From contig JAOAJH010000001.1 of NCBI GenBank assembly GCA_026414305.1, positions 101,543-165,542 of the forward strand: DNA of 64,000 bases, read 5' to 3'. This DNA is from Candidatus Aenigmatarchaeota archaeon (GTDB lineage Archaea; Aenigmatarchaeota; Aenigmatarchaeia; CG10238-14). Made by a program: the position numbers and the translations under genes. Shown here piece by piece: positions 1 through 8,912 of this stretch. Numbering within the stretch: the stretch's first letter is position 1; each line of letters starts with the position of its first letter. Below the pieces are notes generated by a model. It was not told where the DNA came from, ran no database searches, and saw only the letters and a list, made by a program, of their open reading frames with translations.

Positions 1-210
1 CTTTCCCTTTTTCTTTTTCAATTCCGAATATTTTTTTTCAATTTCTTTTAGTTTTTTCTGTAAATCCTTGACCTCTTTTGTCCAAATTGTTTTTTTGTTT
101 ACAAAAACAATGATGCTTCCGAACAATAATGCTATTATGAAAACAGAAAGATAGTTAGGCAACCCTAAAAGTGGGGAAAATATGATGTTGAGAACACCAT
201 TGAATATCAT
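1..210 (-). CDS. EMC3/TMCO1 (DUF106) family membrane protein, 5' part (runs off window)
   Basis: Own translation MIFNGVLNIIFSPLLGLPNYLSVFIIALLFGSIIVFVNKK...; TM helix then coiled-coil; ATGA overlap with secY stop; usual position after secY. Confidence 0.75.
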   Translation of the reverse strand, partial: MIFNGVLNIIFSPLLGLPNYLSVFIIALLFGSIIVFVNKKTIWTKEVKDLQKKLKEIEKKYSELKKKKGK

Positions 211-1655
211 TTTTCTTCACCCACAAACTTCTTTATTAATGGATGAGCACCCTCAACCTCTTCTGTCTTGAATTGTTGATGAAAACTGTACAATATTGTT
301 ACTGTCAACAGTATGCCTGTACCAGATCCAAATGCGCCTATCAAATCAGCCAATGCAGCTAGCAAGCCAATTGAGAGACCACCTAAAACAGACAAAGGCG
401 GTATGTATCTATCCAAAACACTTTTCATTATTTTTGGATTTTTTCTGTATCCAGGTATTTGCATTCCTATTGAATCAATTTGCTTGGCAATGCTTTCAGA
501 GTCCATGCCTGATGTGGTTACCCAAAACACAGAAAATAAAACACAAATTGAAACAAAAAATATAGTGTATAACAACACTCTAAGTACATACTGACTAGTT
601 ATGCTTCCATTTATAGCATCAATAATTATATTTGTTCTTGGTGAAGAAAGATAGTATACAATTCCGCTTGTTGGAACGTTTCCAGATTCTGTTGTTGTAA
701 AGCACCCTAATAGACCGCAAGATGTCAAAGGATCGTTTGGTAATGGCTTTGCAACGAGGCCGCCAAACAATTCAACGTTTGCAATCAAAGCAGCGGCAAG
801 AATAACAGGCATGTTGCTTGTATAAAATAGATTCAAAGACCATCTTCTTCCAAAGCCCTTTACTGCTGAGAATGCCAAAGGAACATCAACTGTAACTGAT
901 TGTGCATAAGCAACTATGACAACGATTAAAATTGTTGTCAATATCGGAATCAATGCAAACAGTGCTGGATAAAAGTATCCATTTATAGCGTTTATCGCAA
1001 ATGCCCATACTTTGCCAACAGGCTCATTGTCAGCATTTGGAAGCATGCATCCCGCTGCGCCAGCTACACATGGGCTAAACAATGATATGAAAACTTGATT
1101 GATTACACCTGCTGCTATAAACAAGCTTATACCAGATCCAATGCCGTGTTTTGTTATTATTTCATCCATCATTAAAACTATCAAACCACCTATTGTAAGC
1201 TGCAAAACAATAATGAACATTGTGAATGCATCATAGCTTCTTGGCATTATTGCGCCGGAGACAACAAAAATAAGAGACTCTACTATAATGAACAAAATAG
1301 AAACCGTTTTTTGTGCAATTTGATATTTTTCCTTGTCTTCCTTTTCGTTCATGTCCCAATTAATTATTTTTGCTCCAATCAAAAGCTGAAGCAATATAGA
1401 TCCTGTAACTATAGGGCCGATACCAAGAGTCATTAAAGTACCAAAGCTTGAACCTAATAGCATTTCAAGTGTGTGAAATCTTTTTGTGGCTTCAGGGTTT
1501 ATTCCATACAATTCGCCAAAGAAATGCGAAGCCATCATGAAGTATAATATCAGGCATATGCCAGTCCACATTACTTTTTTGTTGAGCGATGGTTTATAAG
1601 TAGGTCTTTCTATTGCCGGCAAAAATTTTGCAATTTTTCTAATGTCAAACTCCAT
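207..1655 (-). CDS. secY: Protein translocase subunit SecY (Sec61 alpha)
   Basis: LGIGPIVTGSILLQLL, GIGSGISLFI, FYTSNMPVIL, MQIPGYR, GSGTGILL motifs. Confidence 0.98.
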   Translation of the reverse strand: MEFDIRKIAKFLPAIERPTYKPSLNKKVMWTGICLILYFMMASHFFGELYGINPEATKRFHTLEMLLGSSFGTLMTLGIGPIVTGSILLQLLIGAKIINWDMNEKEDKEKYQIAQKTVSILFIIVESLIFVVSGAIMPRSYDAFTMFIIVLQLTIGGLIVLMMDEIITKHGIGSGISLFIAAGVINQVFISLFSPCVAGAAGCMLPNADNEPVGKVWAFAINAINGYFYPALFALIPILTTILIVVIVAYAQSVTVDVPLAFSAVKGFGRRWSLNLFYTSNMPVILAAALIANVELFGGLVAKPLPNDPLTSCGLLGCFTTTESGNVPTSGIVYYLSSPRTNIIIDAINGSITSQYVLRVLLYTIFFVSICVLFSVFWVTTSGMDSESIAKQIDSIGMQIPGYRKNPKIMKSVLDRYIPPLSVLGGLSIGLLAALADLIGAFGSGTGILLTVTILYSFHQQFKTEEVEGAHPLIKKFVGEEK

Positions 1656-1656
1656 T

Positions 1657-2088
1657 TCAATCCACTGTTGTTATTTTACATCCATTTTCTTCAAGTTTTT
1701 TCATTGCATTTTTAGAAATTGATTTTGCTTGTATTTCCATTTTATATTTTACTTTTCCGTTTCCTAAAAGTTTTTCATATCCAAGTTCATCCAAGCTTAT
1801 TTTTATGTTGTCTTTTTTTATTTTACCTTCTTTTAGCATTTTTTCAATAATTTTATTTAATTCCTCAATATTTATTGCACTTGGTTTTTTTGCAAAAGGT
1901 CTTTTGAAACCCTTTTTACCAAAGTGATCAGGATCATACTTGATCATTTTCATGATTTTATGCTTGTGTAATCCAGCATTTCCCTTGCCACCTTTGCTGC
2001 CACCGCCCCTGTGTTTTTTTTGACCGCCATAACCTGCTGTTCTATGGCCTCTTTTTTTTGTTATTTTTTTTGACTTTCTCACTACCAT
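1657..2088 (-). CDS. rpl15: 50S ribosomal protein uL15
   Basis: RGHRTAGYG..KKHRGGGSKGGKGNAG, KLLGNG; operon position. Confidence 0.97.
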   Translation of the reverse strand: MVVRKSKKITKKRGHRTAGYGGQKKHRGGGSKGGKGNAGLHKHKIMKMIKYDPDHFGKKGFKRPFAKKPSAINIEELNKIIEKMLKEGKIKKDNIKISLDELGYEKLLGNGKVKYKMEIQAKSISKNAMKKLEENGCKITTVD

Positions 2089-2547
2089 TTAAATCATCCT
2101 CTCGATGAGATCATTTATTTTTTCTTTTCTGTATCCCAAGTCGCCTTTCGGCCAGCTCAATCTTTTTGACTTTAATCCCTTTCTTGGTGGATTTAACCTG
2201 AAAACATTTTTCAGTTTTTTGAAATCATTTAATTTGACTTTTTCTTTCATTAAAGCATCGGCAAATTCTTCAAAACTCTTGAATTTTGTTATTTGGGTTA
2301 GCATTTCTTGAGTTATTTTTTTGTTCTTTTCCCCTCTCAATCTATTTTCAAGCAATTTTACAAGAGTTTGTTTGTTTATTTCACCAAATGTAACATAATC
2401 CTTTGCTTTTTTTATCATACCGATCTGTTTTTTGCTGACAAGAACACAATGGTTAACTCTTTTTAGCTTTAGCATGTTCAGAGTGTCATTAATCTCTTTG
2501 CTTGTTTTAACAGATCCTCTAAGTCTTATTACAGCAAACAACATCAA
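2089..2547 (-). CDS. rpl30: 50S ribosomal protein uL30
   Basis: AVIRLRG, DYVTFGE, FRLNPPRKG, GDLGYR. Confidence 0.96.
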   Translation of the reverse strand: MMLFAVIRLRGSVKTSKEINDTLNMLKLKRVNHCVLVSKKQIGMIKKAKDYVTFGEINKQTLVKLLENRLRGEKNKKITQEMLTQITKFKSFEEFADALMKEKVKLNDFKKLKNVFRLNPPRKGLKSKRLSWPKGDLGYRKEKINDLIERMI

Positions 2548-3266
2548 TCACCTGTTTTGTAAAAATGAAGTCTTTTCAACGCATTAAATATGGCTTTTAT
2601 CAAGTTTATTCTTGCGCCTGTGTTTCCGTATGTTTTTACCCAAACATCTTCTATTCCGGCTAATTTAATTATTTTTTTTGCCTCGTCATTCATTACAATA
2701 CCAACGCCTCTTGGAGCCGGCATTAATCTGACTTTAACCGATCCTGAGCTTCCATAAACCTTGAATGGAATAGAGTGATCGCCACCACAACCACATTCCC
2801 ACGATCCACAACCTCTTTTTACTTTGATTATGTTTAGCTTTGCTTTTTGAACGGCTTTTTCCACAGCCAATCTACCTTCTTTGCCCTTTCCTTTGCCAAC
2901 ACCAACTATACCATCTTCATTGCCAACAACAGCAAATGTAGATGATGTATATCTTCTTCCTGATTTGTGCATCTTAGCAGTTATCCTTATAGGCGTTCTT
3001 TGAATGCCGCCACCTTTTCCAGGTCTGCCACCTATCAAAATAAGTTCATTTTTGATTGTAGGACATAAAAAATCAACAATTTCAGGCTCTTTTATTTTTA
3101 TGCCATTCTCAAGTATTTCATCCAAAGAAGTTATTTTTCTTTCAAAAACAAGCCTGCCTAACTTTGTTCTAGGTTTCCATGATGATAATTTTGCCTCTAC
3201 TTTTATCTCAGGTACTTCTTCAATCTTTATCTCTTCAACTTCTTCAACTCTTTCTTCTTCGTCCAT
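2544..3266 (-). CDS. rps5: 30S ribosomal protein uS5
   Basis: WKPRTKLG, RGCGSWECGC, PAPRGVG. Confidence 0.98.
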   Translation of the reverse strand: MDEEERVEEVEEIKIEEVPEIKVEAKLSSWKPRTKLGRLVFERKITSLDEILENGIKIKEPEIVDFLCPTIKNELILIGGRPGKGGGIQRTPIRITAKMHKSGRRYTSSTFAVVGNEDGIVGVGKGKGKEGRLAVEKAVQKAKLNIIKVKRGCGSWECGCGGDHSIPFKVYGSSGSVKVRLMPAPRGVGIVMNDEAKKIIKLAGIEDVWVKTYGNTGARINLIKAIFNALKRLHFYKTGD

Positions 3267-3815
3267 CTAAACACCACTTATTTTCTTTTTTATCTCTTCA
3301 AAATCTTTTGCTATATTATCAGGTTTTGCTTTTGAAAATTGATTTTTATTTTTAATTGATTTAGCAGCATTTATTATATGTTCGCCTTTTATTCTTTTAT
3401 CATCAGGTATTATGTCTTCTGAATGCGGGACATGCAAGCCAGCATCTGTCATGCCTTTGATAAATGCACCAACTCTTGAGCTTGATTTGTGCAAACCTAG
3501 ATCCAAAACAGCTTCTTTTACTTTTGCTTTTACAGAAAGCTTGCCAATCATATAGCCTAAAAGATAGCATGCAGGAGTATTCTTTTTTGAATGCTTCCAT
3601 CCTAGTTTTACAATATCATTTGTTGTAGCATAAGCCAGAACCTTGTCGCCTTTTGGCTCGTATTTGATTAATTCAGCTATTGCTCTGTTTGATGTAAACC
3701 TTAACACAACTCTTGGCAGCCCTGACTTGACTAAAGCTAACCTAGCTCTATAGTCTGTTTTGCCTTTATATCTTCTTTTGAATGGCAATTCATATGTTTG
3801 TTTTATCTTACTCAT
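3267..3815 (-). CDS. rpl18: 50S ribosomal protein uL18
   Basis: RRYKGKTDY..RL, NTPACYLLG. Confidence 0.97.
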   Translation of the reverse strand: MSKIKQTYELPFKRRYKGKTDYRARLALVKSGLPRVVLRFTSNRAIAELIKYEPKGDKVLAYATTNDIVKLGWKHSKKNTPACYLLGYMIGKLSVKAKVKEAVLDLGLHKSSSRVGAFIKGMTDAGLHVPHSEDIIPDDKRIKGEHIINAAKSIKNKNQFSKAKPDNIAKDFEEIKKKISGV

Positions 3816-4243
3816 ACTTCAATCCCTTTTTGTTTTAAATACAACTTTACGTGAGACCTGTTTCTGAATGTGCCTGCCTTTGAAAGTTTGTAAATCTCTT
3901 TGAAAGTTGTTTGATCAATCTTTTTTTGTTGCCTTAACTCTTTTATCATTTTTCTTATAGGCCTTATTGTGTTTATCCATTGTCTTTTCTTATCTGTTCT
4001 TGCGCCTTTTTTGCCTTTTCTGCTACCTGGATTTGACTTTTTCTTTTTCTTTTCAGGATATTTCACTTTAGGCTTTCTGGCTTTTATATATCCTTTTTCT
4101 ATAAGCTTTTTAACATCAGCCCTTGTTATGGCATTTTTGACATCTTCAAAATGTTCGCTGTCTATCCAAACTTTGGTTTTGCCGACTTTGAGTATTTGTG
4201 CAGCAAGCCTTTTTTGAAGTTTTAGATCTGTCATAATCATCAC
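3812..4243 (-). CDS. rpl19e: 50S ribosomal protein eL19
   Basis: QKRLAAQILKVG..KVW, GSRKGKKGAR. Confidence 0.97.
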   Translation of the reverse strand: MMIMTDLKLQKRLAAQILKVGKTKVWIDSEHFEDVKNAITRADVKKLIEKGYIKARKPKVKYPEKKKKKSNPGSRKGKKGARTDKKRQWINTIRPIRKMIKELRQQKKIDQTTFKEIYKLSKAGTFRNRSHVKLYLKQKGIEV

Positions 4244-4578
4244 TCATTCAATATTTTCAATTTCATCTCTTTAGCTTTTTTAACAATTTCAGCCTTTTTC
4301 TTTTTACCAACAGCAGCAGCTATTCTTATGGCATATCCTTTTTCAACATTTTCCAAGTCCTTTAGGCTAGAGACATAAAATTCTTTCAAGCCTGATGGGT
4401 GTAAAAATCTTAAATTTCTAGGAGCACCAAAGCCAACTGATGGTCTCTTTCCTTTTGATTTTTCATTAACCCTCATCTTGTTATCTCTTCCTCTAGGTCT
4501 TCTCCAGCTTTTGCTAACTCTTTTGACATAGGCTGCATGCCTGTTGAATTTTGGTTTTTTTCTCGGATTCATAATCAC
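4240..4578 (-). CDS. rpl32e: 50S ribosomal protein eL32
   Basis: WRRPRGRDNKMR, LHPSG. Confidence 0.97.
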   Translation of the reverse strand: MIMNPRKKPKFNRHAAYVKRVSKSWRRPRGRDNKMRVNEKSKGKRPSVGFGAPRNLRFLHPSGLKEFYVSSLKDLENVEKGYAIRIAAAVGKKKKAEIVKKAKEMKLKILNE

Positions 4579-5108
4579 TCACGGCTTTGTACTATATAAA
4601 TACCATCTTGAAATATTCTTCTATCTTTTTTAGATATTCTTGTGGCATTTTCAATGTTTGCTGCTGATTGGCTGACGTGCTCTTTATTTATTCCTGTTAA
4701 AGTTATATCTTGCCCTGCTATTTGCACTTTGGTGTCGCCTATTATTCTGGCTGTTCTTGTTGTCCTTTCTCCTAAGAAGTTTGTTATTATAACCTTGTTG
4801 CCCTCGATTTTTACATTCATTGGGAAGTGTGTGTAGATTATCTTCATCCTGTATGTATATCCATCCTTTAATCCTTTGATCATGTTTTTTACATGAGAAA
4901 TGACTGTGCCTAGCATTGCTTTGGATTTTTTCCTTTCAGAATCAGTGTAAACTTTAAAAGTGTCGCCTTCTATAGACATTTTTATTTCAGAAGACATTTT
5001 CAATTCCTTTTCAAGGCTTTTACCGTTATGGCTTACAATAACCTTTTTCCCATCAATTTCAACTTTAAAACCTTCAGGTATTTTCAATTCCTTTTCCATT
5101 TTGATCAC
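4575..5108 (-). CDS. rpl6: 50S ribosomal protein uL6
   Basis: HFPM, NFLGER, DRRIFQDGIY. Confidence 0.97.
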   Translation of the reverse strand: MIKMEKELKIPEGFKVEIDGKKVIVSHNGKSLEKELKMSSEIKMSIEGDTFKVYTDSERKKSKAMLGTVISHVKNMIKGLKDGYTYRMKIIYTHFPMNVKIEGNKVIITNFLGERTTRTARIIGDTKVQIAGQDITLTGINKEHVSQSAANIENATRISKKDRRIFQDGIYIVQSRE

Positions 5109-5500
5109 TAGTAAACATAAGATATTAGCTTTCCGCCAATTTTTTTGGCTTTAGCTTCGTTGTGTGTCATCAAACCTTGGTTTGTGCTTAGGATGATTAT
5201 TCCAAAGTCTCTTGCTGGCAAAAATCTCTTTTCCCATTTTTCAAATTCTGTGTATTTTGTCGAGTATCTTGGCTTGATGGCATTGCAGTTGTTTATCCTG
5301 TTTTTTAATTCTATCTTGAATTTGCCGCTTCTTCCGTCGTCTATAAACTCTATTTTGCCTATATATCCTTCTTTCTGCATGATTAGCAATACTTGCTTTG
5401 CTAGATTAGAAGCAGGAGTTACACATTCCTTTTTTCCAACCATTTCGGCATTTTTTATTATTGAAAGCACATCTGATATTGTGTCGTGTCTCATAGCCAT
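5108..5500 (-). CDS. rps8: 30S ribosomal protein uS8
   Basis: DDGRSGKF, INNCNAIKPR, FLPARDFG, GGKLISYVY; start uncertain (5503/5500/5494). Confidence 0.96.
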   Translation of the reverse strand: MAMRHDTISDVLSIIKNAEMVGKKECVTPASNLAKQVLLIMQKEGYIGKIEFIDDGRSGKFKIELKNRINNCNAIKPRYSTKYTEFEKWEKRFLPARDFGIIILSTNQGLMTHNEAKAKKIGGKLISYVY

Positions 5501-5528
5501 CAACTTACATTAGATTATATACCAAAGT

Positions 5529-5542
5529 TTATTAAAGTTTTC
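5529..5542 (-). promoter_or_regulatory. Putative BRE/TATA promoter for the rps8-secY half-operon
   Basis: Minus strand GAAAAC-TTTAATAA about 30 nt upstream of the rps8 start. Confidence 0.45.
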
Positions 5543-5721
5543 ACAGCAACCTTTTTCATTTATACTTTAACATTTTTAAAAGTTTTATTTTAAATTTTTC
5601 AGGTCAAATATACTAAATTGATTGTAACAGGAAAACATCAATTCTAACCTTAAAATAATGATGATATGACATTGAATCGTCCCAACGAACTTGACCCACT
5701 GTTTCAAGGTAAGAAGTATTT

Positions 5722-5805
5722 GTTTCAACCCAATACCCTAACGGTTAAATTATTTACGAAAGCAAAAGAGAAAAAGGTTAAAGTTTATCATAGTCCGACT
5801 CTAAC
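5722..5805 (-). repeat. Degenerate trailer-end CRISPR repeats
   Basis: gtttcaacccaataccctaac (5722-5742) and gtttatcatagtccgactctaac (5783-5805), roughly one repeat-spacer period apart. Confidence 0.65.
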
Positions 5806-5844
5806 TTTGATATTAAGGGTTTATAAAGATTTTAGAAATATATA

Positions 5845-7510
5845 GTTTCAATCCTACCCTAGTCCGACTCTAACTCCCATCAACAGCGTAAACTTTTCAT
5901 TAGACTCAGACCTTCCTGTTTCAATCCTACCCTAGTCCGACTCTAACTATAATCATAATTTTTTTCAATTTTTCAAGCATAATTTTCAAGGTTTCAATCC
6001 TACCCTAGTCCGACTCTAACGAGAAGATAGGTTGCTTGTGTTTCAATTTGATTTTTTTAATGTTTCAATCCTACCCTAGTCCGACTCTAACTAATCTTGA
6101 CTTGTTTGACTTTTTTAAGAGCAGGGGGGTTTCAATCCTACCCTAGTCCGACTCTAACTGCTTTTCATAGCACTAGGATTGTTTGGAGGTATTGGTTTAG
6201 TTTCAATCCTACCCTAGTCCGACTCTAACTTAGGTTTCGATGAAGTAGATGTAATTCAAGTCGATCTTGAGTTTCAATCCTACCCTAGTCCGACTCTAAC
6301 TACCTGAAAACAGGCAAGAAATAATAGAAGTGCTCAGGAAAGTTTCAATCCTACCCTAGTCCGACTCTAACTAAAAGGTGAAAAAATGAGTAAAAAAGGC
6401 GATTGGTTATTAATGTTTCAATCCTACCCTAGTCCGACTCTAACCCTGAGGGGACACCCCTCAGGCTTAAAGAAGTCCGACAAAAAGTGTTTCAATCCTA
6501 CCCTAGTCCGACTCTAACGTAATGAAAATTTTCGGGAAAGATTTTAAAAAATCGGGAGAAAGTTTCAATCCTACCCTAGTCCGACTCTAACTTGCTAAAT
6601 TAGGTTATAAACACAAAACATTTAGGTTAGGTTTCAATCCTACCCTAGTCCGACTCTAACTGTGGCAAGAAAGCAGATAGATGAAAAATTTGATGAATGC
6701 AAGTTTCAATCCTACCCTAGTCCGACTCTAACAAGTGCCAGTAAGTTGGGATACACAGGGATTAGTAGTAAAAGTTTCAATCCTACCCTAGTCCGACTCT
6801 AACCCATTAATTCTGCCTCTTCAAGTGTTATATCTCTTGTTTGTATAGTTTCAATCCTACCCTAGTCCGACTCTAACCAAGAATATACAAGCAGAAAAAA
6901 AGGAAGGCATTCATTCTGTTTCAATCCTACCCTAGTCCGACTCTAACAAAAATCTGCTTCAGGTGAATTCGGTTTTTCTGATTTGATGTTTCAATCCTAC
7001 CCTAGTCCGACTCTAACATAGGTATGGCGTTTGAGGATTTTATAAAGAAGATAGTTGAAAGTTTCAATCCTACCCTAGTCCGACTCTAACAAGACATTCC
7101 TAAATAGTGACAATATATTAGGTTTCTTCAGTTTCAATCCTACCCTAGTCCGACTCTAACTATGGAAGGTCTTGGACACTTCAAGATTTGTATGTGTAGT
7201 TTCAATCCTACCCTAGTCCGACTCTAACAAAAATTATAAAATATAATATGGGGTGGATGGCAATGATGTTTCAATCCTACCCTAGTCCGACTCTAACTTG
7301 TAAAGATGTGAGTAAAGTCGTTATCGGCAAGACAAGTTTCAATCCTACCCTAGTCCGACTCTAACTGGTAGAGATAGTTAATAAAACACCCCACGATGTA
7401 GTTCTTTTCGGTTTCAATCCTACCCTAGTCCGACTCTAACCATAATAAAGATATTAGTTTTGTTGAATATACAAAATTATGTTTCAATCCTACCCTAGTC
7501 CGACTCTAAC
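5845..7510 (-). CRISPR. CRISPR array: 24 identical 30-bp repeats, 23 spacers of 37-45 bp
   Basis: Repeat GTTTCAATCCTACCCTAGTCCGACTCTAAC on +, i.e. GTTAGAGTCGGACTAGGGTAGGATTGAAAC on -. Orientation from the ATTGAAAC 3' end, the leader next to cas2 and degenerate repeats at the far end. Confidence 0.99.
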
Positions 7511-7615
7511 ACGCTTTAAAAAGTTAATAAATGAACAACAAAAGCATTATTTTTCTGTTATATAATCTTCTTTCTGTCAATAAAAAATTAGATCCTCGCT
7601 TATAAACATCGACAC
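7511..7615 (-). promoter_or_regulatory. CRISPR leader with BRE/TATA
   Basis: AT-rich non-coding segment between cas2 and the first repeat; minus strand GAAAGAAGA-TTATATAA (TATA 7558-7565). Confidence 0.7.
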
Positions 7616-7876
7616 TCATATTATGTTTTCATCAGAATTCTTTTTTACACCTATAATTTTCTTTTTTAAAAGATCGTCAAATTTTAAAAAATAAATTATT
7701 ACAGAGTCTTTATTTTTATCTATAATAGATTCCAAACCCCTTTCTATTTCGGATATTTGAGATTCAGTTATGTCTCCTTCAAAAACAGAGTTTTGTACCC
7801 AAACAAGATATTGCCTAAGAAAGTTGCAAACTTTTGATTTTTTTTCAGAAACATCGTAAACAACCAGTGTATGCAA
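7616..7876 (-). CDS. cas2: CRISPR-associated endonuclease Cas2
   Basis: LVVYDV, WVQNSVFEG, DSVIIY; TTG start at 7876 after a GGTGG SD is preferred over the track start at 7945. Confidence 0.95.
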   Translation of the reverse strand: MHTLVVYDVSEKKSKVCNFLRQYLVWVQNSVFEGDITESQISEIERGLESIIDKNKDSVIIYFLKFDDLLKKKIIGVKKNSDENII

Positions 7877-7878
7877 AT

Positions 7879-8874
7879 TTACCACCCCGATACATAAGGT
7901 TCGTATGTCTTCAAACCATGAAAATGCTTTATTAATTTGTAGCATTCCATCAAAAGCAGGTTTTTATATGAAATTTTTTTGTTATTAATTTTTATAGTCT
8001 TGTTTATTTTATCTTCAAAATTTTCAATAAAAACTTTTCTTCCGTTTTCATTAAGATAAACAATATCATTTTTTATATTGAAATGATGATTTTTGATTAT
8101 ATCTTTCCTTATTATTTTTAATATAACTCTATCAACGATTAATGGTTTAAAAACTTCACTTATATCCAAAGATAAAGAAAATCTATTTACTATAGGTTCA
8201 TGGAGATAACTTACAGATTGATCTAATGGTGTTTTGTATATTTGTTTTATCAGAATAGAATAAAGCAAGCAATTACCAAAACTTATTAAACAATTTATCT
8301 TATCTTTTGGTGGATTTTTTGTTCTAGTAAAAAATTTAAATTCTTCAGGAAGTATTTTGTTAAATATTTTATAGTATTCATTTCTTATATTTCCTTCAAT
8401 AGCCATCAAACTATTAATTTTATTTTCAAACTTTATTTTTTCAGCACTTTCTTTTATAAAAACCAATTCTCTTTCAAAGTCATAACCTCTTCTGTTATAA
8501 TATTCCAAGTTTCTTATCATGTTTTGAAACCCACCGTATAGAAACTTTTTGGCCAAAACTAGTCTTTTGTTTTTATCGATGAAATGCTCACATTGTTTTA
8601 TCAAAAGAGTTCCATTAGAATTGCTTTTTCTTGATTGAAAACTTCCTTTTAAAAAACCATACTTAGAAATGAAGTTTATACAAATAGTTCTTTTAGATAT
8701 TAATGATATAACTCCAGATGATAAACTAACCGCACCTATACAATTTATAAGATCTATGTTATTTATTGGAATTATTTTTTCTACTTTTTCTGTTTTATCT
8801 ATTTTTAGTATGCTGATGTTATTTTTTCTTCTTTTAATTACTCCGTTGCCATTTATATAATAAATTTTTACCAT
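7879..8874 (-). CDS. cas1: CRISPR-associated integrase Cas1 (I-B-like, no RT or Cas4 fusion)
   Basis: LMAIEG, RTKNPPKDKINCLISFGN, SYLHEP, SLDISEVFKP. Confidence 0.97.
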   Translation of the reverse strand: MVKIYYINGNGVIKRRKNNISILKIDKTEKVEKIIPINNIDLINCIGAVSLSSGVISLISKRTICINFISKYGFLKGSFQSRKSNSNGTLLIKQCEHFIDKNKRLVLAKKFLYGGFQNMIRNLEYYNRRGYDFERELVFIKESAEKIKFENKINSLMAIEGNIRNEYYKIFNKILPEEFKFFTRTKNPPKDKINCLISFGNCLLYSILIKQIYKTPLDQSVSYLHEPIVNRFSLSLDISEVFKPLIVDRVILKIIRKDIIKNHHFNIKNDIVYLNENGRKVFIENFEDKINKTIKINNKKISYKNLLLMECYKLIKHFHGLKTYEPYVSGW

Positions 8875-8912
8875 TTAATAATCAAAAAAATAAAAACTTA
8901 AAAATCTTTCTA

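Noticed and set aside
5504-5720. att duplication of tRNA-Gly, or a tracrRNA-like anti-repeat, at the left edge of the CRISPR island
   Set aside because: No copy of the tRNA 3' end seen; ATTGAATC at 5671 is too short and type III needs no tracrRNA
5666-5845. 59-codon + strand ORF (MTLNRPNELDPLFQ...) beside the array
   Set aside because: Reads antisense through degenerate repeats and old spacers; no SD or recognisable motif
5948-5990. Spacer shares TTTTCAAGCATAA with the integrase gene (42831-42843): possible self-targeting of the element
   Set aside because: Only 13 AT-rich nt match and the flanks disagree; expected by chance
6372-6414. Spacer resembles the start of the element's replication gene (AGGTG..ATGAGT..GATTGG near 40420)
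   Set aside because: Needs an indel and many mismatches; similarity is mostly the generic SD+ATG
7877-7945. N-terminal extension of Cas2 in the ORF track
   Set aside because: Overlaps cas1; TTG at 7876 with an SD gives a normal-length Cas2
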